64,000 nucleotides of DNA. It comes from Pseudogymnoascus verrucosus (taxonomy: Eukaryota). A model generated the notes under the pieces. It did not search any database and had not been told where the DNA came from. It worked only from the letters and a program-made list of their open reading frames with translations. The DNA is taken from NCBI GenBank assembly GCA_001662655.1, contig KV460246.1; one strand, given 5' to 3'. A program made the translations under genes and the position numbers. How positions within the stretch are numbered: the first letter of the stretch is position 1; each line of letters starts with the position of its first letter. Positions 50,330 to 62,307 of the stretch are shown here, one piece after another.

Positions 50330-50898
50330 GATTGAGTTGCGTAATCTTGGGCTTAACTACAGGCTATCTCATTACTGGTATGGAAATGGGAGCGGCACAT
50401 ATATCGGAACGCGGTCGTTGATAAGCAGTGGGGCATGTAGAAGTTTAACTGCAGCCTGCTTATTATACGTCATCGCCTAAAAAAAAGTATGTGTGGCCAG
50501 GCTCACTAATCACCTAGCTCGTGCATAATATTAGCATAAGAGACGCTACTACAGGGTTAAGGAAGCCACTGGCTAGTCTCGAACGGTTTTAGCTTTAAAT
50601 TCAACCACTGTCAATCTAATGTATCGTAGAGTATTGATGTTGTCTTAGCTTACTCTTTCTGGGTTTTGACAACCTAATGGAGCACTTTAGAAAATGGCCC
50701 CTAATGTTTAGCAAGCCGACGACGGAGTTAAGACTCTGTCTTACCGAAACAATGTAGCTCCCTACAGCTACAAACCTTTCTCCTCGAGCCTATATAAGCT
50801 CATCCCACCGCTGGCACACTGAGCATCTTTCACACCTTTTGATATTATCACCAGGCTCTCAATACCCTCGATACACGACTACATTTGTATTTGCAAAC

Positions 50899-52065
50899 AT
50901 GTCACCTCCATATTCAGCACCACCACCACCAACATGCCCCCTCTTCCGTCACCGCCAGCTTAGTCCGACCGCCAATGTTCGAGTTTCTCCAATATGCCTC
51001 GGAGCCATGAATTTCGGCGAGGCTCACAAGGAGCGCATGGGCGAATGTAGCAAGGAAACGGCCTTTAAGATCCTTGACACCTTCAAAAACTGTGGGGGGA
51101 ATTTTGTTGATACAGCAAATGGGTATCAAAATGGCGAGTCTGAGGAATGGCTTGGGGAGTGGTTGGGTTCACGCAACTGCCGCGATGAGATGGTCATTGC
51201 TACCAAATTTTCCAGTGCTTATCGAACGCACGAAAAGGAGAAAATTCAGTCCAACTTCGGGGGCAATGGAACAAAATCCCTTCGCGTCTCTGTTGATAAT
51301 TCGCTCAAGAGGTTGCAAACCTCTTACATTGATTTGCTGTATCTACACTGGTGGGACTACGCGACCACCATCCCCGAACTGATGCACAGCCTCAACGATC
51401 TTGTCGTCTCTGGGAAAGTCATGTATCTCGGCATCTCGGATTCACCAGCGTGGGTCGTTGCGAAAGCCAATCAGTACGCACGTGATCATGGCCTCCGCCA
51501 ATTTGCCGTCTACCAGGGAATGTGGAATGCAGCTATGCGAGATTTCGAGCGTGATATTATTCCCATGTGCAGGGACGAGGGAATGGCTTTGCTACCTTAT
51601 GGCACCCTGGGACAAGGACGTTTCCAAACTGAAGCTTCTTTTAAAGAGCGTGAGGAGAGTAACCCTGGTCGGAAGGGCAAACCATCTTCTATCGAGCGGG
51701 CTGTTTCTAAAGTAATGGAAGAGCTCGCCTCCGCTAAGAATACAGAAATCACCAGTATTGCAATGGCGTATGTCATGCATAAGGCAGCATATGTCTTCCC
51801 ACTCGTTGGAGGCCGGAAGGTAGATCACATTAAGGGCAATATTGATGCGCTCACTGTTGATCTAACTGATGAGGATATTGAGAAGATTGAAAGGGCTTAT
51901 CGTTTTGATCCAGGATTTCCGCATAACTTCCTTAGCGGCTCACTCTGGGATGATGAAGATGACACACCCAAGGTCGCGCAAGGCCCTGAAGATGTATGGT
52001 TGACTAATATTTTGGGTACTTTTGATTGGGTAAAGGGCTCGAAGCCTATCAAGGCTTTTAAATAG
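50899..52065 (+). CDS. Aldo-keto reductase, aryl-alcohol dehydrogenase / norsolorinic acid reductase-like
   Basis: VRVSPICLGAMNFG, GNFVDTANGYQ, VIATKF, YIDLLYLHWWD, YLGISDSPAW, YQGMWN, RDFERDIIPMC. Confidence 0.9.
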   Translation: MSPPYSAPPPPTCPLFRHRQLSPTANVRVSPICLGAMNFGEAHKERMGECSKETAFKILDTFKNCGGNFVDTANGYQNGESEEWLGEWLGSRNCRDEMVIATKFSSAYRTHEKEKIQSNFGGNGTKSLRVSVDNSLKRLQTSYIDLLYLHWWDYATTIPELMHSLNDLVVSGKVMYLGISDSPAWVVAKANQYARDHGLRQFAVYQGMWNAAMRDFERDIIPMCRDEGMALLPYGTLGQGRFQTEASFKEREESNPGRKGKPSSIERAVSKVMEELASAKNTEITSIAMAYVMHKAAYVFPLVGGRKVDHIKGNIDALTVDLTDEDIEKIERAYRFDPGFPHNFLSGSLWDDEDDTPKVAQGPEDVWLTNILGTFDWVKGSKPIKAFK

Positions 52066-52277
52066 TAGAGGGTGATTGTGAGGATGAGGCGTATCTACTA
52101 TAAGTCATGAGAGTGGATAATTATATAGTAACGAAAATTCAGATAAAAAGATAATCACGTTATAATTTGCTTAGCGTCTAATTCTATACTAGAATTCCGC
52201 AATACATAGTTTTCATTTGCGTCTTTGGCCCTGAGCTTTGCTACTATCATATGAGAATCGATTTTGATGCAGCATAT

Positions 52278-52996
52278 TTAGATCGCTTGGATCTGAACCC
52301 AGAATCTGGTATCATCCGTGAGACCAGTTGGATCTGCTTCTATTTGCGCCTGGATCCATTCGATGCCGGCTTTGTAATCTGTGCAATTGGTCAATACTGT
52401 ACAGAGAGGGGGATTGAGAATAAACTTACCCACGATCACTTCCAGTGTTGGATCAGCTAGCCCAGTAGAGCCATCACGGTGTCCACCGAACCACTTGTCA
52501 ACACCATAGTACAACCGACATTCGTTAAGGCATTCAATGTCGGCATTCAAATCAGAGCTTGCCGTAAAATCAGTCAGTCTATCCAACTAAAAAAAGGGAC
52601 ATAACTCCTGAACAAGTTGGAAACTCACTTCAAAACAGCCCCGTTGTTCCACTCGACTTCCGTCTGACCCTGGAACTGTGTGCAGCACTCTCTCAACATT
52701 CCCCAGTTCTGCTTAAAAATGCCGAAGTTAGAGGCGTCATCTTGCTTATTATCGCCATAGGCATAGGTGGTTGACATGTCATCCGTCTCGAGCATGGCGA
52801 CGGCGAGCGCAAATGTGTCGGCACCAGCACCGGTTACTTCTTGTTTCCTGGCCCCCAGGCCGGAAACAGTGTAGCTTCCACGGGGATCGTCAGCAGGGTC
52901 GGCACGGAACGCAAGCTTCGTCAGCGAGACGGTAGGGATAGCCGAGGCCAGAGACAAAGTCGAGACGACGGCGATGATTGTTCCTGAAGCCCTCAT
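52278..52996 (-). CDS. Secreted GH134 endo-beta-1,4-mannanase (Man134A-like), 3 exons
   Basis: RGSYTVSGLGARKQ, AVAMLET, YGDNK.DDASNFGIFKQNWGMLR, WNNGAVLNSD, KWFGGHR.G, DDTRFWV.I.AI. Confidence 0.88.
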
Positions 52997-53751
52997 TTTC
53001 GGTATTTGTGGGACTCGAATTTTTTTGATGTTATAAAAGTAGTAGAAATGGAATGTGATTCTTTTTCTTGCTGTCCTTTTGTCTGTTCATCTCCTGGGGG
53101 AATTAAACCCTTATATACCCATCATGTCTCTACGTTCGTAACCGTTAGTTCTGAAGATCAACAGAATTCTTATTCCTGGATCTCTCTAGAATTAATCTCA
53201 GACCATATTTGTGTTTCGAATAAGTATTTTAATGCTGCGGAGTAGAGGCATTTCCAACCAAAAAACAATAATAAAGCTGTATGCACCCCCTAATTATCCC
53301 TACTTTTTAATATTGAGCATTGATCTTCACTACATAGATGGAACACGTTAATATATAATGCCTTTCGCTAAATGTCAAGAATGGTGGGACGGATGCGCAG
53401 GTACCACTATAGGAGCCGAACTATTTCAACGCCAAAAGATTTTCCCAAGACCTGCTTGGGCTACTATATGAAACCAGAAGCCCACATCCGTCATTTGTGT
53501 TGTGGAATGAGTCTCTTGGTTCTACGGGTAGGACCATATTCGCACAATATGCAATAAGTCTTTCGGCAGCTATGTGCACCCCGCAATCCCCCCACAACGC
53601 CCCTAACATTACCCCTATCCTTAACGTCACTTCACTGATCTTGGCGGGGTAGTTATAATACAGCAATATACAGTGCACGTAAAATTCTCTCTAACGTGAG
53701 ATAGCTACTCACCATTGAGGACTAATAAAGGCAGGACGGATGCGGAGGCAC

Positions 53752-54010
53752 TGTAAAGCGTAAGCCTAGGGTCTCACGGGAGTCCAAGGAACCGGGTCAG
53801 GAGGCAGGGAGGGTGTCGTATTCAGTAAGCACAATAGGTCTACGTAGATACAGCGACTATTGACTGGAGTCCTCCACTGAGGCTCCAGCCCCTGATATAT
53901 CTTCCTATCCCGTGAACCCTAATAATCGGGCTATACCCGAATGACAGCTCCACCGTAGGGCTGCCTTCGGCGTGGCACCTCACGTGCCATCACGTGAGGA
54001 CCGCCTTACA
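53752..54010. mobile_element. Solo LTR (259 bp) with 5-bp TSD GGCAC
   Basis: Termini TGTAAAGCG / CGCCTTACA (8 of 9 inverted match); GGCAC at 53747-53751 and 54011-54015. Confidence 0.85.
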
Positions 54011-56105
54011 GGCACCGTGTAATGGAGTCCTGGCTAAACAGGGTAGTACTGACATAAAGGCGGAACATATGTGTAGATTCCTCTTACTGAATATGGACAC
54101 TGGGCCAGCGATCCTCCTTTTGGAAGCCCTTGAGCGGGATATGGCCTGACTTCCTTTTAGCTGATTGCGGCAGCCTACACCTAACATAGGTTCTAGAGCT
54201 TGAACACGGAAGTCGCAGTACAGCTCTTGATGCGTAGTAAACCGAACTAGTTAGTAAGGAGTCTAATGGACGTTAACGAGCTCTAGAAAGCCATTCCATT
54301 GGCACTCGTCTCGAAAGAGAAAACTTCCATATGGTGGTGCAGAGCCTGTAACGGATCTAGCCGATTGGGAAGCAGATCTGGAACATGTAAAGCTATGCGA
54401 GAACAGTCCTACAGACTGGAGGAGAAACGCTGTTCACAATAGAGTTATCACCGTGGACATTTGCGATGGAGTTTGGAACGGCCTTGCCTATGCAGCATAG
54501 GCAACAACTAATATTAACGATTGTAAGAACTAGACTACGGCCGAATCGACCCACCCCAGAGGCACCTGATGTTGCAAAGACAATATGAATGATGTTCGTG
54601 TCTAGATCTCCGGCGATTTCCAGGGGCAGATGAGGATTGCGGGTGGTTGTGTGATACAGAGGAGAAGAAGCAATGCGAGATATGGTCAGTTCCGAACCGA
54701 GGCGAGACCGCACCTAGCTTGTATCGGATCAGCGCCTAATAAGGCTACACGGCGCAGCTCTGATGCGTGCAGAAATAGGCAATTGATGAATCAGGGGGTT
54801 AAGGGGGGAAAGAATGCGTGATGGATCTGTTGTAGTTTAACATCTGGAGGTGGCGGGTAGCATCCCAGTTTATCAATCCAATGAATTTTTGGGGTAGTGT
54901 GGGGTATTGTGGGGTTTGGGACAGGGGTGGTGTTGAGCTAACTGTATTGGGAAACCGGAGAACGTGTTCCGCAGGAGAGCACCAAAAGGAAGGAACTAAG
55001 TTTGGTTAGACACAGAAACCGTTTCTTCTCCGCAAAATAAAATCAGCGGATTTGGGCAGGAGTGAGGAGAAGGCGAAAAATGTAACTAATAGAGGAGAGG
55101 GAGAGTAAGGGGAGACTGGAAGCGAATGTAGAGCGATAGAGGCATACCAAAAGAATTTGAGGATGTGCCACGCGTAGATTCTTGTTGCGCCTTGTGGCAG
55201 CATGGTGATAAAAAGCAGTCGGAAAAAGAACCGTCCGCTCTTTGGCTGAAATCTGCAATAGTATTGAACTGACAATAAGGTGACGGTGAAATGGCTATGA
55301 TAAAATGCAGGTGCTAATAAGAATTACCGACGTGTGCAAACAGTGAGATTCTGATAGATTCTCAGAGGAAAGCTGGAAAAGCGAGATGATTCATACGGAA
55401 ATTATACTGGTAAATGCGATGTATCCTAATGCAGACTCTTCTAGTAGATGTTATGTCACTTTATTATCCCTCCTCATGAACTACACTTTCTCCCTTGGCC
55501 CTGGTACACAGTTCCCTATATGGCCATTCCCATGTAACCCCTCCTCCCCCTCTAACTCACCCACGCCGTGTACTCAACTCTCAACCCAAAGCCACCTATT
55601 AGCCGCTTGTCCACTCAGCTCTCCCACGCCCTCATATATACCTCGTACCAAAATCTGTCTCTTTTTTCCAAATAGGGGTAGTAAGCCTTCAGAAGGGTTT
55701 GCCATTATAATAACCCTGGCTAGATATTGATGGTTTACCGCGCTGCCTCGTGGTACGCCATACCATCCATTGGGCATTGCCCATACTATCTAGTTAGAGG
55801 GTGACTATTTTTGCCATCAACACGACTTTTGTAGTCAGAGCCAATGCTTGGACTACGCCGTTCAAAGTATGTTCGAGATGCATAAATTTGTGTCCTGTAT
55901 CATTCCTAGCAACCCTGCTGACAGTTGGCCGATTTCTTTGGGCAGGTAGCCTAGTAATGTTCTATTCTGTTTTAGTTAAGTAACGTAAACCGAACGAGAC
56001 TCTTTCGAACACCAGATAAACTGAAATGGAGGAACTGCCACGGCTAGGTAGCACATATTTTCTGTGAGTAATTATTATCGAAAGAATGCTCCTACATATA
56101 CCATC

Positions 56106-57288
56106 TCACTTGCTGCAGTCTACCTCATAATTATGCCGGCTTTCAAGCTCAACGGAAAGTGTGCTGCTCCGAAACATGACACGTGTGCTTGCCGGGCGGT
56201 CGTGATCTTGGTAATCTTGTGGTCGTGTATTTGTTTTGATAAGAGCCCGCAGGACGGGTATTGAAGCAGCCATGATTGATGTAGCCCCTTCTGCAGTGCC
56301 GAAGATGAACAAGCTCACATTTGTGGCTGTGGCAAGTTAGTCATATGTCACGATATTATCAAGGGCCTTTCACTTACTGTTTTCATCCCCAATAGATGTA
56401 ATAGTTCTGATTTTTAAAAAAGACACAATACCAGCGCTATAACGTCAATTTAGTAAACTCCACCGAATTAGATTTTCAATTAGAACTTACATGACACCCA
56501 TGCTCATGGCTATCAGCACGCCGATCGTCTCCCTTTTATTAGTTACGATTGGGCTAATGATCTTCCATGGAAGTAATGCAAGTAAGATGTCCACGAAACC
56601 AGAAAAAGCTGCACATAATATTAGTAATCTGATTTTAAGGCTGTCCATCGATCGTATCACTCACCAGCTACAAAAATGTTGTAATCTTGGATAATTTCGT
56701 ATGACCAACACCTGCCTTTGATCCACGTATGCCAGAGCTTTTCCACAGGCCAACATTGAATCCATTGGATTATAGCATTGGCACCTAACACAAGGTTTGT
56801 CGAAACAATGATGAACCAAACCAACCACTTCATCCAGCCGTTGGAAACTCGTAGTAGTGTTACAGCAAAAGACGTCTTGCTCCAAACTGTAGCTAAGATG
56901 GAGAAAAACCCTGCGGCGTAAGAGAAAAGTGATACTTTCTCTTTATCCTGCATATCTTCATAGTGTTTCCCAAGTCCGAATTTAATTCCCGCCGACTGTA
57001 ACGACGTCGATGCAACGAGGGCAACCTATAGAATGGGCCTGTTAGTCAATACGGCCTCATGTAACTACATTTTCGACAGCGGGTATAATGCCTTACCCAA
57101 GCAGCAATCAGGATATAGTCATCCCACCACAGTGACCTATGCCGGTACAGTTTTGAATACAATCGCAACCCTAATAGTGTCCCTGCGAGCACAGCCAAAA
57201 TCCATATTGAGCGATTCAGGTACGGGCCAAGATCATTATCTGCGTGCACTGGCAGCTCCTCATACCGCGTTAAATTACTAGGGGCCAT
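56106..57288 (-). CDS. PTH11-like (fungal rhodopsin-domain) integral membrane protein, no CFEM, multi-exon
   Basis: LGLRLYSK..R.LWWDDYILIAAW, GLGKH, WSKTSFAVTLLR, QCWPVEKLW, DILLALLPW, EGATSIMAASIPVLR. Confidence 0.88.
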
Positions 57289-59665
57289 GGGCGGCAGCAG
57301 AATATGGAATGTATGGCGATTCTGGTGGACAATGCGATGTGGTCTCTGGAGCAATTGACGCGAGTTGGATTTTGTGAGCAGGGACGTTTATATTAAGTAG
57401 AGGCACAGGCCATGTGGAAAGTGGAGGGCTGTCAGCCAGCCAACACGAATGTGAGGTTTCCCTTGGGCTGGGGCCCTTCCGATGCTTCATTGCCGCTTTT
57501 CTGGGGTGATGTCGGTTTAGCTCATAGTCGACTAGACTAAGCCCACCATTTCCATGGGGAAAATATAGGTAGCTTTACATAGTAAATTGTATGCAAAGAA
57601 ATATTGAATACATATATCGGAAAGTACCAAGTGGGAATTGTGGCATATCGAACCAGCCAGATCAGAGAAAATTGCCAAGTATAAATGTATCAGCGACTTT
57701 GGAAAGCAGCGCAATTCATTAGTTGTTTGGCGTGGAGAAACCTTGCTTCTTATCCCCTCATGCACGCTCCTCGGCAGGGGCCTAGAACAGATGCACATTT
57801 ATTTTAGCTACAGTCGGCCACTAGAGAGCGGCTGGTTCCTACGAAGTACGAAGTACGTCGTCTACACCTTGTACCGGCATCAGTCTAACATTCTCGCAGA
57901 AAATGCAGCATAGTATTTTGTCGAAGCAACACCTTTAAATGTAGGTCCCGGGACGGTCTTGAAACGTTCTGAAAACTGACTGCGATCTGGCCCTAGTAAG
58001 CCCCTGCCCATGCCCGCTTGCCTCCATGGCCCCATGCCGGAATCGATCGTGCCGTAACAGTTTGCCACCCAATCAACATCCTGCGCAATGGATTGGCTAA
58101 GAAGGTGGTTCGAGTGAGTTGAGCTAGAATTTCACGGGTTACTCTCCAGATAAAAAAGACGATCGCCAGGCTCGTATGTCTCATATGTCGCGCCTGTGTT
58201 CGGACACTGAACAAGAGTCTAAAAATTTGGTTCTTTTTTTCAGACGCCGCTGGTTTGAACCCTACCACATGCCAGTGAAATATATGCCATACGGAACCTA
58301 TCACTCCATCGAGTGAATGCCAGACGACTCCCTGAGCATCATGGGCAGGTTCCACTAGCCCTGTATGATGATTAGTTAAGGTGAGTAAACGTTGCATCTA
58401 GGTTCTAACTAGGTCCCCTCCCTGCACGCTCCTCTAGTTCTTTCCTTCGTGTAAAAGCAGTTACAGCATCCCGCATCTCGTACAACAAAGTATTGATATT
58501 TAATTAGCTGAAATAGGGTTCAATGATGTTTTTGTGCCTGTGATACGCCGTAGAGTTTGCGGAGATGATGTGCGCCGGGTTTCTCCACTAGGTGGGGTAA
58601 AGCGGGGCACAACACAGTAAACAACACAGTAGCCATCCCCTTTGCGGATGTCGGATGGGTTTTCGCCGTATATCGCGGCCCATTAAAGCATCTTCCCCAG
58701 GTCTCGGAGTCGACCGCCCCGCTAGCGGCTGCCTACATTTAGAACCCAAGTCAACTCGTGAGTTCTAGGTACATTAATTTAGAAAAATATTAGGCACAGA
58801 CGGTAAAGGTTTGCAGAAGTCCAATTGGTATTAGTGTTACATAATATTGAATTGAATCTAGTTTAGTATTAAATGGACTTTTTCACAAAATAGAACGAAA
58901 ATGCTCGCAACTTACAAGAACGCAATTCCTACAGATTCAATATCTCATATAATATCATATATATATCAAACAAAAAGGCCAAGCCTTAGCTACGATAAGT
59001 CTAGATTGGTAGAATATTTGTGTTCTGCAACTATCTCCACAAGCTAAGTAATATCTGCCCTATAACTCTCAAAACTTTTCGGATGAAGCTGGATATTCTA
59101 CGAGAAAATGCTTAAATTGTTAGGCCAGGTGTATACACAAGATATAACAAAAGAACACGTCGAAGCCAAATCGGCTTTATAAAATAGAGTAGATATTAGG
59201 AAGGTTTAAATCTCGCACAAAGTGTAGGAGTAGATGTGCAAAACTTGCTTTAACATCTGAGGAGAATTGGCTCTTGTAAAACTGGGGGCGGACTGTTGAA
59301 CTATGATTACGACAAATTTGGATCTCATTTTGATACTACACCCTAGCCGGTTATATGCTACTAATGGGGGAGGGGTTAGTGGGCGGGTGGAATCTTGCTT
59401 GTTTCTAACACGAGTAAAATGACCTCGGAAGATGTTACTGTGCCGCAGCTCATATAGTGATTCTATATTACAGATAAAAACGACGCCACAGCCTAGCTTC
59501 GAGGAGGCGTCCGATATAGTATAGTCAATATACTCAACACCTGTTCATGGAGGATCGAACTCCGTGGAAATACTGCTGGGCGAGTATATTAGGAGCGTTT
59601 GCTGCGTCGAATCTTCTTCATCTCAACAGCATCGGCATTCCATAAGTAACCAACCAAATCTCGAG

Positions 59666-61191
59666 ATGAAGTCCACGTACGCTGCTTCTGGAATTGTAGC
59701 GCTCGCTGGTGCTGTTTCAGCCCAGCAGACTCTCTGGGGACAATGCGGAGGGATTAACTATACCGGCCAAACCTCATGTGTTTCTGGATCCAATTGCAGT
59801 TACCTTAATGACTGGTATTACCAGTGCATACCAGGTTAGACTATGAAAACTATACTTTCTTCAATCTTCTAGGAGCCAAACTAAATATTAGTTCAGGGGC
59901 CACTACATCGACACCGTCAACACAGCCAACATCCAGTGCCTCCACCTTCAAGACCTCGACAGCTACTTCGACTTCAAGTAGGCCAACTAGCACCGGGTTT
60001 TCGAAGGCGATTGGCACTAAGTTCAATATCGATGGCACAACCAAGTACTATGCCGGCACCAACAGTTACTGGATCGGCTTCTTAACCAACAACGCTGACA
60101 TTGACAAGGCGCTAGACGATATCAGAGCTTCTGGTCTTAAGATTCTCCGAGTATGGGGCTTTAATGACGTCACGTCAATCCCTGGCAGCGGTACTGTCTA
60201 CTATCAGTACCTTTCGTCCTCTGGATCAACAATTAACACAGGCGCCAACGGACTTCAGCGCCTGGACTATGTAGTCTCGAGTGCTGAGTCCCGTGGGATT
60301 AAGCTGATTATTAACTTCGTTAATAATTGGGCCGACTACGGCGGCATAGACGCTTATGTCAGAGTCTTCGGTGGCACTCATCAGACATGGTACACCAACT
60401 CGGCCGCACAGGCGCAGTACCAGAAGTACATCGCCGCCGTCGTGGGCCGATACAAGTCCTCGTCGGCCATCTTTGCCTGGGAGCTGGCGAACGAGTCTAG
60501 ATGTAACGGCTGCGACACTAGTGTCATATACAAGTGGGCCACGACGACTTCGGCTTATATCAAGAGTCTTGACCCTAACCACATGGTTACCCTCGGAGAT
60601 GAGGGCATGGGTTTGGCCGGCGATGGAAGCTATCCTTACCAGTATTCCGAAGGCGTTGACTTTGTCAAGAATCTAGGTATCTCGACACTCGACTTTGGCA
60701 CTCTGCATCTCTACCCAAGCCAATGTATGTTATCTCGCACAACTTCTGATAGAAGAAAACTAACAACTATCCAATAGGGGGAACAAGCAATGATTGGGCG
60801 AACTCATGGATTGCCACTCACGCTGCAGCATGCCTGAAGGCTAATAAGCCCTGCTATTTTGAAGAATGTAAGTCATCACTAATCCACATGCATATCTCAA
60901 CGGAGCAGTATTGTGAGGATAAGCGGGGCTTGGGGCTGAGGAAGAAAAGCAAACGACGTATGGCTAATTTCTCTCCTCATAGATGGCGTTACGTCCAACC
61001 ACTGCTCGGTCGAGTCGGTTTGGCAGAAAACTGCGCTGGGTCTTGCGAACAGCGGCATGGGGGGCGATTCGTTCTGGCAATTCGGAGACAACCTCAGCAA
61101 TGGAAACACTCCCAACGATGGCTACACCATCTACACTGGAACCTCCGACTGGACGTGCCTAGTCACTAACCATATTAATGCCATCGGCTAA
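59666..61191 (+). CDS. Secreted GH5_7 endo-beta-1,4-mannanase with N-terminal CBM1, 4 exons
   Basis: [12 protein letters not shown]...[63 protein letters not shown]. Confidence 0.93.
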
Positions 61192-61801
61192 GCCTCCCGT
61201 CACAGGGCTTAGAGCACCTCTCTGCTACGGCCTGACTATGACTAGGTGCAGTATGATGACTGATTTAGCTTCTCATTATGGGAAGGAGTCTCATTTTACT
61301 TTCCAGCTGAGTTTTATTGACTTGCTAGACTAAATACCGAGTTCTATTGTTTTTATACAAAGCTAGTTGTTGTCTAACGGGTTCGATTTTACAACCTTTC
61401 AAAACTACCGATTTTACCTTTGAATTACCTGCCTTATTACGTAAATGAGTCTATGCTGTATTTGAATTGTCTATATACCATTGTAATATACGTAGAAACT
61501 CGTGGACCAATTATCAAGCACCGTTCTCATACTGCAGCTTCAACGGGGGTTTACTCCGTGCTTGCGGCTGCCATATTTTCCTGTGAGTGGGAATACTACG
61601 GGGGAAAGTTTTGACAATGGATATAATAGATATATCGTAAGCAAGAGAGGAGCAAGTTACAAGGCGATCACTTGGTGCTAGGTGCTGCGAAGGTATGGTA
61701 GAGGACACCAAAGCTACAATATTAGATTAAATTTCAAATGTGATAATTGAAACTTTCTATTTCAGTTGAATCAAGTAGCTAGACTCAATGCTCCATCCAT
61801 C

Positions 61802-62307
61802 TCACATGCCGCAGATTTTGGCATCAATCTGTGTTGCTTGTGCATCTATTCTACCTAATTGAACCGCCTGGTTATTTGTAAGCGCATTCATGGCTCCCTG
61901 TGCGATGTTGAAGCCGGCGTCGGTGTGGTCGATGGCGAGCACATTGATGCTCCTGCCCTTGTAGTCGAGTCTCCAGCAGGTACCACAATTGGCAGAGTTC
62001 CATCCTGCGATGGCCTGCGCACCGCCGATATATGGGGTGGGAATGTCGCCCTGCGTTTTCCAGTGCTTGCGGGTGATGAGGCCGTTTGGTCCATCGGAGC
62101 AGGAGACTGCGGTGAGCGAGCGCGCGCGGTTGTCATAGCCATTATCGTAGGAGACTAGAGGCCACCAATATTTGTTAGAAAACCTTCTGTCTTGGTGCAA
62201 TAACCTCCTGATAGAGAGTTGTGCTATATTTGAATCCAAGGCTTACCAGTTATGGCTGATATAACAGAGGCGAGGGCTGCAAGGCTAAGTATCTGGGATA
62301 AATGCAT
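61802..62307 (-). CDS. Cerato-platanin family secreted protein (SnodProt1/Epl1-like), 2 exons
   Basis: Signal MHLSQILSLAALASVISA; VSYDNGYD..RSLTAVSCSDGPNGL, GWNSANCGTCW, VLAIDH, GFNIA..AMNALTNNQAVQLGRIDA. Confidence 0.93.

Noticed and set aside
58740..59300. AT-rich stretch that might be a RIP-degraded element (similarly ~23650-23900)
   Set aside because: No termini, target-site duplication or transposase motif identified
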